DNA of 63,850 nucleotides, counting the filler, from Welwitschia mirabilis (taxonomy: Eukaryota): the NCBI GenBank assembly GCA_051453625.1. It is 6 parts of one record of this genome, joined end to end, with 100 filler letters (N's around TTAATTAATTAA, not from the genome) between each part and the next. Parts side by side here need not be neighbours in the genome. Positions count along the whole stretch, not along the records: positions 9,120 to 19,149 come from JBOZIK010000001.1; positions 19,250 to 29,514 come from JBOZIK010000001.1; 4 more parts are not named here. One strand, written 5' to 3'. The translations under genes and the position numbers were made by a program. Position 1 is the stretch's first letter; every line of letters begins with the position of its first letter. The notes under the pieces are model-generated. The model worked only from the letters and a program-made list of their open reading frames with translations. It was not told the DNA's origin and did not search any database. Positions 11,244 through 23,800 of this stretch are shown here, in pieces.

Positions 11244-12900
11244 ATGGATAATGATAGATGTAAAAACAAGATGAAAGTAAGAAAATAGTTGAGGAACTTA
11301 TTGCTAAATTAAAAAACGAAAAGCTGAAGATGAAAGTAAGAAAACAATTAGAGAGCTTTTAGCAGAAAAGGGATACCAATACAAAGAGATATTGATATTA
11401 GGGATAGGGCCCATTCCTCTTTTCAACTACCTTATTATTTCCCTTTTTATTTTCAAAATCAATATGAAACTAGTGAAGAAAATCTTAGGAATTCAACCTC
11501 ATTCTTATCCAATCACCTTTACCCATCACATTCATCCCCCATAAATAATAACTTGACTACATCTCTCAACAATGAAGAAGAGGATGGATATTTAAATGAT
11601 GATGATGAGGTGCTAGTGTTAAATGAAGAAAGAATTTATAAGTATCTCTATTATGATGATGACATTTCTCCTTCTGATGAAAATAACAAACATGATGATG
11701 AGGTGCTTGTGTTAAATGAAGAAAGCATTTATGAGTATCTCTATGGTGATGATCACATCTCCCCAATAGATGAAAGTAACATACAAAAAAATGAAGAGGA
11801 AAGTAAAGACGAAGAGGAGAAAGATGTCATTGAGATTTTAGATCATATTCCAAACTTTCACATATTTTGTAAAGATGAAGGAGTTCCACCAATATATGAA
11901 ATTCAACTTTTAAAAATTCAACTTTTAAAATTAATATCAATGATCATGGAGAAAATAGAAGATGATTTACTCAACTTAGATGAGGATTATAGTTTTGCAT
12001 TAATAGAGTTATTTAAAGAGAAAGAGGAATCAAGTATAAAAATGTTAGAAAGTCTTTCATCTAATATTGAGAGCCTTCTAGTAATATTTTAGATGAAATC
12101 ATCATTTTAGAAAAGAACAATAATCCTCAACAAGAAGAGAAAGAAGAAAATGAAACAAATAATAATAAAGAAGAAGGAGATGTAATCAAAGAAAAAACTA
12201 TTCAAAATTACATTCTTGTCCTTAAAAATAATAAACCACATTATCTTAAGGACTTAAGTTCAAAAATCTTCCAATCTCTTCCCTTGATAACTTCATGTGC
12301 AAAAAGTATTATCTTTTCCTCATTTGCTAAGTTAACTTTACCATGTACTTCCATTGATCTTTCTTTTTCAAAATTAGATTTGGGATGTCTTGAAATTATT
12401 AATTGGGAAAAACCTTATCTTCTTGATCCCAATCCATGTTTTAAATTAAAAATTAAAGAGCTTCTTAGGCACATAAATTCTATCTTAATCTCTCACCTTA
12501 AGAAGTCTTTCACAAATATTTTTTACATCTTTTATATTTAATATCAAACATTGAATGCAATTTATGTTTCAAATCCTTCATATTATGAGTTTGATAAGAG
12601 AATATTTTTTGAGTTATATGAATTATTTATCTCTTACTTTAATGCTTGTAGAAACAAATTGTCATTCTCATTTGGAAAAGCCTTGTCTTCCTAAAAATTC
12701 ACATTCTAAATCAAATAATAGGAGATATTTTAAAAATCCTTTAAAATTGATTTGGAAAATTTCTTTGAGTCCCTTTTTACATGTATTTCACAAAGATTCC
12801 TACAAAACCAAATTTTTTTAAAAGAGATCATTTTTCAATGACAATTATCATTCTTTTGTCTCTTATCTGAATTCTAAAAAAGGTGTTATCAAGGTATTAT
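11244..12900 (+). pseudogene. Disrupted ORF of unknown function in the gag position; includes the acidic ORF 11553-12092 and ORFs 12284-12541 and 12555-12821
   Basis: A coding-like run starts at ATG 11244, with an acidic core and an in-frame 93-bp duplication. The motif NWEKPYLL is shared with a minus-strand homologue near 26470-26490. Confidence 0.65.
11598..11783 (+). repeat. In-frame tandem duplication, 2 x 93 bp (31 aa)
   Basis: The two units translate as DDDEVLVLNEERIYKYLYYDDDISPSDENNK and HDDEVLVLNEESIYEYLYGDDHISPIDESNI. Confidence 0.95.
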
Positions 12901-14124
12901 CTTATTATTCTCTTTCCTCCTAATTGATTTTACTGAAAAATAATTGCATACCCTTCATGTTTTATCAATTGGTGAATATTTGTTTTGGACCACATTTTTC
13001 TAAAAATCTTGAAACCATGTCTCTTTTGCTTTCTTTCTTTTTAGTGTGTTTTTAGCTTTAGGATTTGAATACAGTTTACTTACTTTAATCATTTTCTTTT
13101 CTGTTTTCTATTTTCAGAGTCTCTGTTTTTATTTTCTGTTCTCTGTTTTGTTTCTGTTTATAGCTTTTATTTTCTATTTTTGCAAAAATAATATGTCATC
13201 TCCACTGTCATCCCCACAACAAAGTGGACAACAGTCAGTTTTTTTTCTTTTTTTGTTTTCCTATTAAATTTTCTATGTTCTGTTTCTTTTTTCTATGTGA
13301 GTTATCCTATTTATCATCTGGATGATAAGAAGGATAAAAATTAATAAAAAGTTATTTTTGCTTTTTGTTATTATGAGAAAATACATTTTTATGGCTCTAT
13401 TGAAATATCTAACTTGACTACTTAAGAATTATAGTAAGCTAATGGGTAAAAAATTGGACTTTCATGAGCAAACCATCTAAATTTTCTCTTAGCCTTTTTC
13501 CTTTGAAAGAGTATTGTGGCATTACTTAATCATCTTTCAAACCTGACTTATGTATATATTTCTATGACTAGTTTTTTTGACTAAGGCATTTTAGTGGTAA
13601 GATTGGATTCACCCAATCTTAGGACATTCACAAGTCCATGAACTTCAATTGAAGGAAGNNNNNNNNNNNNNNNNNNNNNNNNNNNNNNNNNNNNNNNNNN
13701 NNNNNNNNNNNNNNNNNNNNNNNNNNNNNNNNNNNNNNNNNNNNNNNNNNNNNNNNNNTTGAAAGAGTATTGTGGCATTACTTAATCATCTCTCAAACCT
13801 GACTTATGTATATATTTATATGACTAGTTTTTTTGACTTAGGCATTTTAGTGGTAAGATTGGATTCACCCAATCTTAGGACATTCACAAGTCCATGAACT
13901 TCAATTGAAGGAAGATGCCTTATTTTTAATGCTTTTCTCAATAGTGAAAGGGTCTCAGATTATTTAAGAGTGTTCTTTTCTATTCTAATCTTTTTGATTT
14001 TTACCTTTATCTTTTGGAGTGATTAATCATGTAAATGTTATTTATATTTATTAAAAAAAGAGAGAGAGAAGAAAGTATGAATAAAGACCAGGATTTTTTA
14101 TATTTCTATCTCAAAAACATGGTC

Positions 14125-14338
14125 ACCATGATGTCCTATCATAAGTACACTGGTGTAAATATTTCTAAGAGGATCCTTTGGTAGTGTAATATGGTAGCTA
14201 TGAGAACTCCACTGGGACGTCAGTTGGCCATGCTTCATAGGTCCTTACTTCTCTGACAGGGGTTGCACTCCCCTCATCATGGGTAATAAAAGTTCTAAGT
14301 AAAACTTTGAGGCTATGGGATCAGTGGTGTTCCTGGTG
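14125..14338 (+). ncRNA. Conserved non-coding 3'-region module, putative structured RNA (copy 1)
   Basis: Aligns with 55084-55287 (+) and 18823-19051 (-). It is closed by CCATGATG...CATCATGG. Confidence 0.5.
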
Positions 14339-15226
14339 TCATCAGAGACATTGCTTATTTCCTAGACTCTTACTCTTTCCACATGATCATTTTATTTTTT
14401 GAGATTTTGATGTTTATTTTAAAGATAATAATAGGAGAGTTCATTTTCAGCCATTCTTTGATTTAATAATTCATTGTTTAAAGCATTTTTCTCTAGCATC
14501 ATTATAATAACTACCTTATTAAATGGAATTTTTGTATATTAAGTTATGCATTTTTTACATCAAGTAATGTTATGATTACTTTTATTGAAAATTACTAGGT
14601 TAAATTATTAGAGTGGTAAGCTATCTTTTGTTTATGTTATCTTATGCCCATTCTTCTTGTTTTCTTTTGTAGTTTGGTTAATTTATTTCAAAGTTATTAC
14701 CGTATTTTCTTACTATGTTTCCCTATTTTTGGTTTTCAATAAAAGGTAATTTCTTATTTTAGATTTGTATTTCAGATTTTTGGTGTGGTAAAATGCTGCT
14801 CATATTCTTTTTTATGATGAAACACTTTCTATCCACTTGTCAGAGTATTTCATATCTCTATATTTTTCAAATATAACATTACTTAGCTTTGCACTTTATT
14901 TTAAAAGTTGTCTTCATTTTCATTTCCTGCTTTCCCACTCTTGTTTAATCTTCTTTGCTTTATTTGCCAATACAGGACGTATTGCTTTTTCTTTAGGGGA
15001 GGATAGAGACCCATTTGCATGTCTTATTTTTCAAAAATTTTTTATGACATAAGTTTTCAAAAATTTTCAAACACATTGTGCATTACTTGTCATTTATCTA
15101 CATGATGTATTTTTATGAGCTAGTTTTATGATTTCCAAATTATCTTTTGAAAAATAAATTGGCTCATAATTATGGTTTTTCTATCCAATTTTTATTAGGA
15201 ACTAACAAAGGCTAAGTGGGGGGCTA

Positions 15227-16286
15227 TGTTGCGCTGCCAATTTATGGTTATTTGATGGGTTTTATGAGTTATTTTGTAGGACTTTTATATAGGTTTTAGT
15301 GTAAATTTGAGGATTTTAAAGTTACAAGAGGAAATCTCAAAAAAGTGCATTTATTATCCAAATTTGATGCATTTAAGATACTTTTCAGTGAAAAGAGCTT
15401 TTCATGATAAAATAGCTAAGTTTCTCCTCAAAAAATACATTAAGGAAGACCATCGTCTCCTCAGTCGTCCACACAATAGGTAGGATGATGACCCTGATGT
15501 GGACTGCTGAGTCATTACTTTTAGAAATATTTTGTAATGTATCATCTCCACTATCATCCAGACGACAACCTAGATGACACTGATATGTAACTGTTACTGA
15601 CAGATTCTCTCAGCTATTTCATCCATTTCCAAGTGCCTAATAAGTGCGTGTAACCACATCTTCTGTCTATCTATTTTTGTTGTATTCCCTATAAATAAAG
15701 TCCCCCTTCTATTCTCTTTTCCATCTTCATTGCACCAGACATTCTTGTGACAGGAGATCGAAGGGTGAAAGATCCATCTTGAGTGTTGCAGAAAGACGAG
15801 CACTTGGTAGAGGGTTATCATCTTCTATTGAGATCTAGCTATTTTGTAACTCAGATGAGCATTTCTCTTTTAATATAAATCTCTTTTTTATTTATGTTTA
15901 CATTGTAAATCTTCTTGTGACCCTTATAGTCTAATGTTGCCCAAGATCTCATGACAATTTCTTGGGTGATATAGATTATCAAGGGTAGATCTTATTAGGG
16001 CTAAAAAGCAAGTAGGGTTAAGATCATTTACATTGCATGTTAGATTAGGTTACATCTTACACTTTGCATGGTAGTTTATTTATTTGCATTGTTCTTTATT
16101 ATTTCCAGTTTTTAAGATTTAATTGTTAAAGTAACCTGAGTCTCTTTACAGATAGACTTCAACGAGATAGGACATTTGAGTCACTCCCATTATTCTAGTG
16201 TGTTGTATTATTCATGATATCTATTTTGATTACTAATGATAAAATCTTTTTGAATGTTAAAACATGCATAAATACACACTGCAACA
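15227..16286 (+). repeat. Complete LTR, subtype A (1060 bp)
   Basis: Runs TGTTGCG...CTGCAACA with a PPT upstream and a TATA box CCTATAAATA near 15688. Confidence 0.92.
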
Positions 16287-17836
16287 TATATACATATTAT
16301 TTTGAATCTGGCATGGTATGCTTTATCTGATTTTCATGCTTATCTTTCTTTTCACATTTTATAAGGAAGATTAATTATATTTATTGTAATCTTTTTTATT
16401 ATTTACTATACATTTTAGCGAGAGGCTTTTAATTATGAGTTCATATTTACTAATTATCTGTTTGAAACATTCTGTCACAGGTTTCTATTTTTAAAGAACC
16501 ATTTTTAAACCTGTCATTCCCTCTATCATCTAGACAATGACCCGGATGACTGTGTGGTTGGTTACTTAATTAGGTAAAACCTTTAATTTTCTAATTTTTT
16601 TATGATTCAGTTTGTATCTTGGAGATTCTTAAAAAATTTTCTAAGATAATTCTTCAATACCTTAGTTGTTTTTATTGTTAGATAAGTTAGTTTGCAATGA
16701 TGTTTACTGCCTTATTTTATTAAGGACTATAAAGCTAAGTGGAGTGCTATGTTGTATTACCAACTTGCATGTATTTGATAGGGTATTTTGAAGAATTTTA
16801 CAAGATATTAGGTAAGTTTATGCGAGATTTCTATGATAATGGAGAGTTAAGATAAAAGATACAAAAATATGAAATCTTCATAACATTTTATATCATTTAG
16901 AATAATTCATAATATTTCCTATTTTAAAGCAAACTTCCTACAAACATTAAAACTGATGCATTACATTAACACTTGTAAAAAGCTTATCATTCACCTCATC
17001 ATTAGGATAACTGTATGAATGACAGAATAGCTAAAGCCACTAAGGATGCTAATTATAATCAATTTGTCAAAAAACATGGATTACTTATGAGATAGCATCA
17101 TCTCCAATATCATCCGAATGACCAGCAGGATGACATCTATTATAATGCTTTTTCACTAAAAATTCACCTAACATTTGTCATTTATCTTTGTGTTTCTTAT
17201 GCAGTTGTTAGGGCTATGCCTGTGCTTGTTTGTCTCTTTTATTATTTGTATGTTTGTTTATCAATAAGTATTGATTCTATCTTTGACTCCTACTCATCTT
17301 TACTTGCATTAGAAATTCTTATGACATGAGATTGAAGAAGAAAAGATTCATCTTAGGTAGACACAGAGAAATGTCTTTCTTGGTGTTATTGAGGTGTGGC
17401 TACTTTGTAATATGGATGTGGTTTAAGATTAATATAAAGAACTCTTTTTTATTTTTTATAGTTATTGGTACTTATCCCTCATAGTTTAGTTGCTTCTAAT
17501 TCTATGATAGTTTCTTGAGTGATATAGGTAATGAGAGTAACCTTTCTCAAGTTTGAGCATTATTAGTTTAGGTGCATTGTTAATTTATTTTTCTAAATTA
17601 ACTTTGTATAAGTGCATTTGCATTATGATTTTTTGCATTGCTATTTCTATTACTAGAATATGTAAGTGTCTAATCGCAAAATCAATTCTCTTTTTCTAGC
17701 CTGCCCTTTAATGGATTATAACATTCAAGTTCACCCCTATCTATATTAGTGTATTGTGTTGTGCAAAATATCTATTTTTCTATGAATGATAGGATCTTCT
17801 TAAGCATAATCATTTACATAAATACACACTGTAATA
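16287..17836 (+). mobile_element. 3' end of an Athila-like element (subtype B): 3' UTR, PPT and 3' LTR 16750-17836
   Basis: Colinear with ~32368-33932. The PPT is GCTAAGTGGAGTGCTA and the LTR runs TGTTGT...ACACTGTAATA. Confidence 0.88.
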
Positions 17837-19149
17837 GCATCACATCCTTTTTAATGCCATAAACTAATGGCAGACCAAGAAACAACTCATGAGAATCTAA
17901 GTGTCAAATGTCTTTGACAATAATACTTATTATCATCATTGTGATGATCTTGATTCTTTTGAAAACTTAAATGATTTCTTCTCAAGACTTAAAAAAAAGG
18001 TGTAAACATATAAGATATTTTTACTATAGTTGCCTCCTTTTCAACATGGTTTGAATAGGTAAATTCCATATTAAAATCTGAACTAAAAGCAAGCATGCAT
18101 TTTTGAAAATTTCCTTGTGTGAGTCACTGTTATTATAATAGTGAAAATAAAGATGATAAGAACTACTCAAATAAATAGTAAAAATGAAATTTGAAAAAGA
18201 TTTAAACATGTATCTACAAAGGAAATAATGAATGCAACATGGATGGTAGTGAAAGATCATGAAATGGATAATGGAATAAATAGGTAGAGGGATGTATCTA
18301 ATTAAATAAAATAAAAGTAAATTAAGATGACTATGTAATAAACAAGGAGTGAGATAAAATAAATGAAGATGTTATAAATAAGTGCAAAATCAATGAGAGA
18401 AATGGTTTAATTATTACAAAATGATAAATTAACTCAAAAATGGAGTTAGCCTTAGATAAAGTTATGAGTAAATGTGGTGAATGACTTTGAGCTAATTAAT
18501 TGCTAATACTAATAAAAGACTAGGCCAAAATGGACAAATAGAGACATAAAGAAGATTGATCTCAATGCCTCTAAATGTCAACTTAGCAATGCCTATTGGT
18601 ATGAATCATAAATTATTCAATGTCATTAATGCATGATTCAATGCTAAATAACATAGAGTATCATACGATCATAATAGTGATTATAACAATGTCTATAGTG
18701 ATTCTGTGAAGTATCAATATGATGTTAGAACTATAACTCAATCCAATCGTTAAGTATAACAAAAAATGAGACTTTAACAACTTACTATGTAATAATCAAT
18801 ATGTTCTAAATGCTTGTGAAGTCATAGCTTCAAAGTCATGAAAAATTAAGGTAATGGAAATTTTTTTAGAGAACACCATCAATCATGATGATGGGAGTGT
18901 ACCCAGTGTAAAGAACATAAGGATTCATAAGCTGAATCTAGATTATAACCAACTAATACTCTGGTGGATTTCTGACAACTACTATATCACATTGCCAAAG
19001 GCCCCTCTTGGGAATATCTACCCCAGTGCACCTGTAGTAGGACATCATGATTTTTTTCTTTATTTTTTTTCTTTTTGATGCATGATATTGATATTTTACT
19101 AGTGAACTTGAATTTTCTATCTATCTATCTATCTATCTCTCTCTCTCTC
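17837..19149 (-). mobile_element. 3' non-coding region of a minus-strand Athila-like element
   Basis: Contains a reverse-complement copy of the conserved 3' module at 18823-19051. On the minus strand this copy is preceded by a GA tract, seen as (CTAT)n(CT)n at ~19117-19149. Confidence 0.6.
18823..19051 (-). ncRNA. Conserved non-coding 3'-region module (copy 3, minus strand)
   Basis: The reverse complement reads ATCATGATGTCCTACTACAGGTGCACTGGGGTAGATATTCCCAAGAGGGGCCTTTGG...ACACTCCCATCATCATGATT...TTTGAAGCTATG. Confidence 0.5.
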
Positions 19150-19249
19150 NNNNNNNNNNNNNNNNNNNNNNNNNNNNNNNNNNNNNNNNNNNNTTAATTA
19201 ATTAANNNNNNNNNNNNNNNNNNNNNNNNNNNNNNNNNNNNNNNNNNNN

Positions 19250-19323
19250 TATTTTACATCCTATTTAAAATTAATAGGATTGAGATCGAAGAGTGAAACA
19301 TTTAATAAATACACACTGTAATA
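19250..19323 (+). mobile_element. 3' terminus of a subtype D-like LTR nested inside a subtype B LTR
   Basis: ...GTGAAACATTTAATAAATACACACTGTAATA is followed directly by CATCTATTATAATGCTCC, which is mid-LTR sequence of subtype B (compare 33214). Confidence 0.65.
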
Positions 19324-20856
19324 CATCTATTATAATGCTCCACTAAATATTTACTTAATGTTTTTCATTTATCTATATGTATGTTACATGGACATTAGGA
19401 TTGTGCCATGCCTGTTTATCTATTTTGTTGTCTGTGTGTTTTTTATTAATAAGGATTAATTCCACCCTTGACTCCATCTTGTCTTTACTTATAATATAAA
19501 NNNNNNNNNNNNNNNNNNNNNNNNNNNNNNNNNNNNNNNNNNNNNNNNNNNNNNNNNNNNNNNNNNNNNNNNNNNNNNNNNNNNNNNNNNNNNNNNNNNN
19601 TTTTTATTAATAAGGATTAATTCCACCCTTAACTCCATCTTGTCTTTACTTATACTATAAATTATTATGATAACAGATCGAAGGCCTAGAAAACATTCTT
19701 TATAGTTGTATAGAGACATCTTTCTTAGTGTTGGGCTGTGCTTCCTTCATTGAGGTGTGGCTGCTTTATAACATGAATGTGGTTTGATTAATATAAAGAC
19801 CTCTTTTTAATTTTCTATGCTTATTATCNNNNNNNNNNNNNNNNNNNNNNNNNNNNNNNNNNNNNNNNNNNNNNNNNNNNNNNNNNNNNNNNNNNNNNNN
19901 NNNNNNNNNNNNNNNNNNNNNNNNNNNNTTTGGCTGTGCTTCATTCATTGTGGTGTGGCTGCTTTATAACATGAATTTGGTTTGATTAATATAAAGAACT
20001 CTTTTTAATTTTCTATGCTTATTATCACTTATCCATCATAGTTTATATTAATTTTGATTTAGAAATAGTTTTTTAAGTGATATAGGTCATGAGGGCAACC
20101 TTTATCAAGACTAAGCATTATTAGTTTGGGTGCATTATTCCTTTTTCTTCCTAGATTAACTTCGTATAAGTGTGTTGTATTGTAACTTTTTGCATTGCAA
20201 TTTATTTTTGTTACTAGAATATGTAATTGTTTCTTATTAAAATCAATTCTCTTTCTTATAGCCTAGGCCTTCAATGGAGTATGACATTTAGGTTTAGTTT
20301 CATCTATATTAGTATATTGTACTATGTAAGATATCTATTTTATTTTTGAATGATAGAATATTCTTAAGCATAATCATTTATACAACTACGCATTGCAGCA
20401 TCTTAATGCCATTTCCAAGGAAGACTACTTAGAGTTTGAGAGTTGTCATTACTCAAATGAGTATTTGGATCTTGGTTTAGATGATTTCCTATAGTAGTAC
20501 TATATTTTTAGCTGCAGTAGCATAGGTTTTCTTTTTATAATTTAACTTTTGCGTTCCAAAATAAAAGCTTTATAATCTGCTGCATCATCCAGATAACATG
20601 TGATGATAAAATAGTCTCTGTGCCTTTAATTTTTAACTTTTTATTTTCTTAAATTTTTTTAGGAATTTTCCTATCATCCCTTGTGTTGTCTAAATGACTT
20701 AGAAGGATAACAATCTACTATTTATATTTTCTATATTTGTTATTTTTACTTTTCTGTTTTCTGTGTTTTTTATTTTTTGTGTTTTTTGTGTTTCTATCAT
20801 TTAGACTATTGTTATAAATGACCATAGGGATAATACATTTTTCATAAAAAATAAGT

Positions 20857-23800
20857 ATGTTAAGGTATAGTAACATCTAGTTTAAAAAAAAAAAATACTA
20901 AAGAGAGTGGCTGTTCATAGAAAAAACATTTGAGAAGGTTTGATCAACTTCAAAATTAACTTAGGTACACACAAAAAAGATATACAAGTTTTAAAAATTT
21001 GAAAAATTTCTATGTTTATTTCTTCAGAGTCTAATTTTGTGAGAGAAAATTTTTGAAAGATTATTTTAATAATAGTTTTTAATTTTTAAATATGTTTAGC
21101 TCATTACAAAAGTAAAAGAAAACCACTTTACCTAATTTACCCCTTATCATTAGAACCCTAACAATTACATCTATTAAACCTAATGCCAATGTCATCATTA
21201 GAAATTAATTGCTAATAAAAAATGTGAAATTCAAACCACTTTTGGTTTACCTCCTAGCAATGATGTTAAACTTAAGAACCTAAATTCTTATCCCATTTTT
21301 AGTGGTGAACTTGATGAAGATCCTTTACAACACATTATTGACATCAAATAGTTAGTGCTCACTTCAGGTAAAAGTAAGAAAAGAATAAGTGATAGAACTT
21401 ACATGGTCATTTTTCCCATGACTTTAAAATGAAAAGATAAATTTTGATTAAGAACAATTCCTCATAAGAGTTTAAAATCATAGCGTCAAGTTCAAGAAGC
21501 TTTTATTAAGAAATTCATGAGTGAAACTACCATTGAAAAATGTAAGAAGGGATAATCAAATTCTAATAATAACCTAATGAAGATTATGCCTCTACCTATG
21601 AAATATTTTTGATTTCTTTACATTCAAACCTTACAGATGCTTTTTCTTAATAAGAATTACTAGACTACTTTTATAGTGGATTCAATAGTTAAACTAAGCA
21701 ACTAGATGATTTTTTATGTGAAGAAAATTTCTTGAACCTTACTTTAACACATGCTTGAAAAGTGTTAGAAGAGTTAGTGGAAGTGAGTCAAACTTGGCTT
21801 AAACCTTTACCTAGAGAAAATCAAACTATAAGTTAAATCATTAAAGATCTTAAAGAGGTTAAAAGAAAGCAAAACAAGAATTAAAAAATGAAAATGAACT
21901 AATAACTATCATTAAGGATTTTACCTCAACTTTAGAAATATACATTCAGATTATTTTAGATATAAAGGTGGCAATAGAGAAGAGTGTAGTTGTAGTTTCA
22001 ACTTGTGTTTTGTGTGAAAACAATTATCATGTTACAAAAGAGTGTTTTTTATTATCTACATATGAAGAAATAATTTATAAAGAAGTATGTGCTTTTAGTA
22101 AAAGATCTTAAAACTTTAACCAAAACCAAAATGAAATCAAAGCCAAATTCAAAATCACAACAGTTTTCAACCTTAGATGAGTGGATAATCTAGCTTTAAA
22201 AATTTTTAAATAAATCATCCTAACTTTCAATAATTTAGAAAAAGATTTTAGAATATAAATTTATAATCAAATAAATTAAATAATCAAGAAATATTATCCA
22301 ATTCATAAAACTAAGGTGATCCACTTAGAAATTCCATTGATGAGTTGAGGAAAACATAAGAAAGAACAAATTCCAATATTGAAAATCTTGTGAGTATTTT
22401 GTAACAAACTATGCTTGCTAACCAAACACCATAAGATCACTTGGCACTCAACCTTTACCAGATCCAAATGAAGTTAAGAAAGATTGTAAGGTGATGATAA
22501 GAAGTGAAAATGAGATAACACCTCCTACCTATAAGGCTTCAACATCTCAAAGTGATAAAAATAATGAAGAAAAGAATATAGAAATTCTANNNNNNNNNNN
22601 NNNNNNNNNNNNNNNNNNNNNNNNNNNNNNNNNNNNNNNNNNNNNNNNNNNNNNNNNNNNNNNNNNNNNNNNNNNNNNNNNNNNNNNNNAGTTAGTAAAA
22701 GTGAGTCAAACTTGGTCTAAACCCTCATATAGTAAAAATTAAACTATAGGTCAAATCATTAAAGATCTTAATAAGGTTAAGCAAGAAAAAGAAGAAATAA
22801 GAACTAAAAATGAACCAACAAATGCCATTAAGTATTTTACCTCAACTTTAGAAAAATGTACTCAAATAATTTTAGATGCAAAGGTGGTAATGGAGAAGAG
22901 TGTAATTGTAGCTCCAACTTATGATTTGTTCAAAGACAACTATCATGTTATAAAAGAGTATCCTTTACTTCCAAAATACAAATAAATAATTTATAAAAAT
23001 GTATGTGCTTTTAACCAAAAATATTCAAATTTCAATCAAGATCAAAATCAAATTAAAATCCAAAATCATAACAATTTTCAATCTAAGATGAATGGACAAT
23101 CTAAATTTTACAATGTTTAAACAAATAATTCTAACTTCAAACCATTTAAAAAGAGATTTAAGGACATAAATTTCCAATCAAACAACTCAAATAATTAATA
23201 AAGTTTATTCAACTCATAAAACCAAGGTGATTTAGTTAGAAATTCCATTGATGAATTGAGAAAAGCACAAGAAAGAATAAATTTTAACATTAAAAGTTTT
23301 GGGAGTATTTTACAACAAATCATGCTTGCTAAATAAAAGCTATAAAGGTTACTTATCATTTAAACTTTAACAAGCCCAACTAAAGTTAAGCAAGATTGTA
23401 AGGTAGTAATAAGAAGTGGAAATGAGATAACATCTCCCATTCATGAGGATTCAACATCTCAAAGGAATAAAAATAAAGAAGAAGAGGATATAGAAATTTT
23501 AGAAGATTATTTTTTCTCTTTTCTTTTAAGCAATAGAAAGAAAAATTCTTCACATAAAAAACTTGTAGCCCACTGGCTTGATAGATTAAATTTAAATTCT
23601 ACATTTGATAAATAAACATCTTAAAGATTTAATGCAAAATGTCAGTATTAATTTATCATTTTAGAAACTTTTGCAAGAGGACTCTAAGTATTATAAGTTG
23701 TAAAAATATCTAATTAGGAGGAAACAAAAGTAAATCACTTATAGTAAAGTCCTCTTAGCATAATCCATTAACAACTTAGTTTGATAGAAAAGTTCAAAGT

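Larger units (their letters stand above)
10221..16286 (+). mobile_element. Non-autonomous Athila-like LTR retrotransposon (subtype A): partial 5' LTR 10221-10791, ~4.4-kb interior with no recognisable gag/pol, 3' LTR 15227-16286
   Basis: The two LTRs are colinear. A decayed Asp PBS lies at ~10795 and the PPT GCTAAGTGGGGGGCTA precedes 15227. The termini are TGTTGC and GCAACA. Confidence 0.88.

Noticed and set aside
13046-13267. Hydrophobic, membrane-protein-like short ORFs (also 14837-15052, 51407-51628, 56973-57284)
   Set aside because: They arise from T-rich UTR or LTR sequence and are not conserved as ORFs between copies.
13503-13914. Near-identical ~155-bp direct repeat flanking a 100-N gap; similar cases at 19441-19660, 19732-20026, 26863-27007 and 36464-36601
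   Set aside because: These look like unmerged contig overlaps or allelic ends. The 36.5-kb case is absent from the partner LTR.
14125-14290. C/D-box snoRNA or hammerhead (retrozyme) reading of the conserved module
   Set aside because: ATGATGT is only C-box-like, the CTGA is not terminal and is missing from copy 3, and no CTGATGA...GAAA hammerhead core is present.
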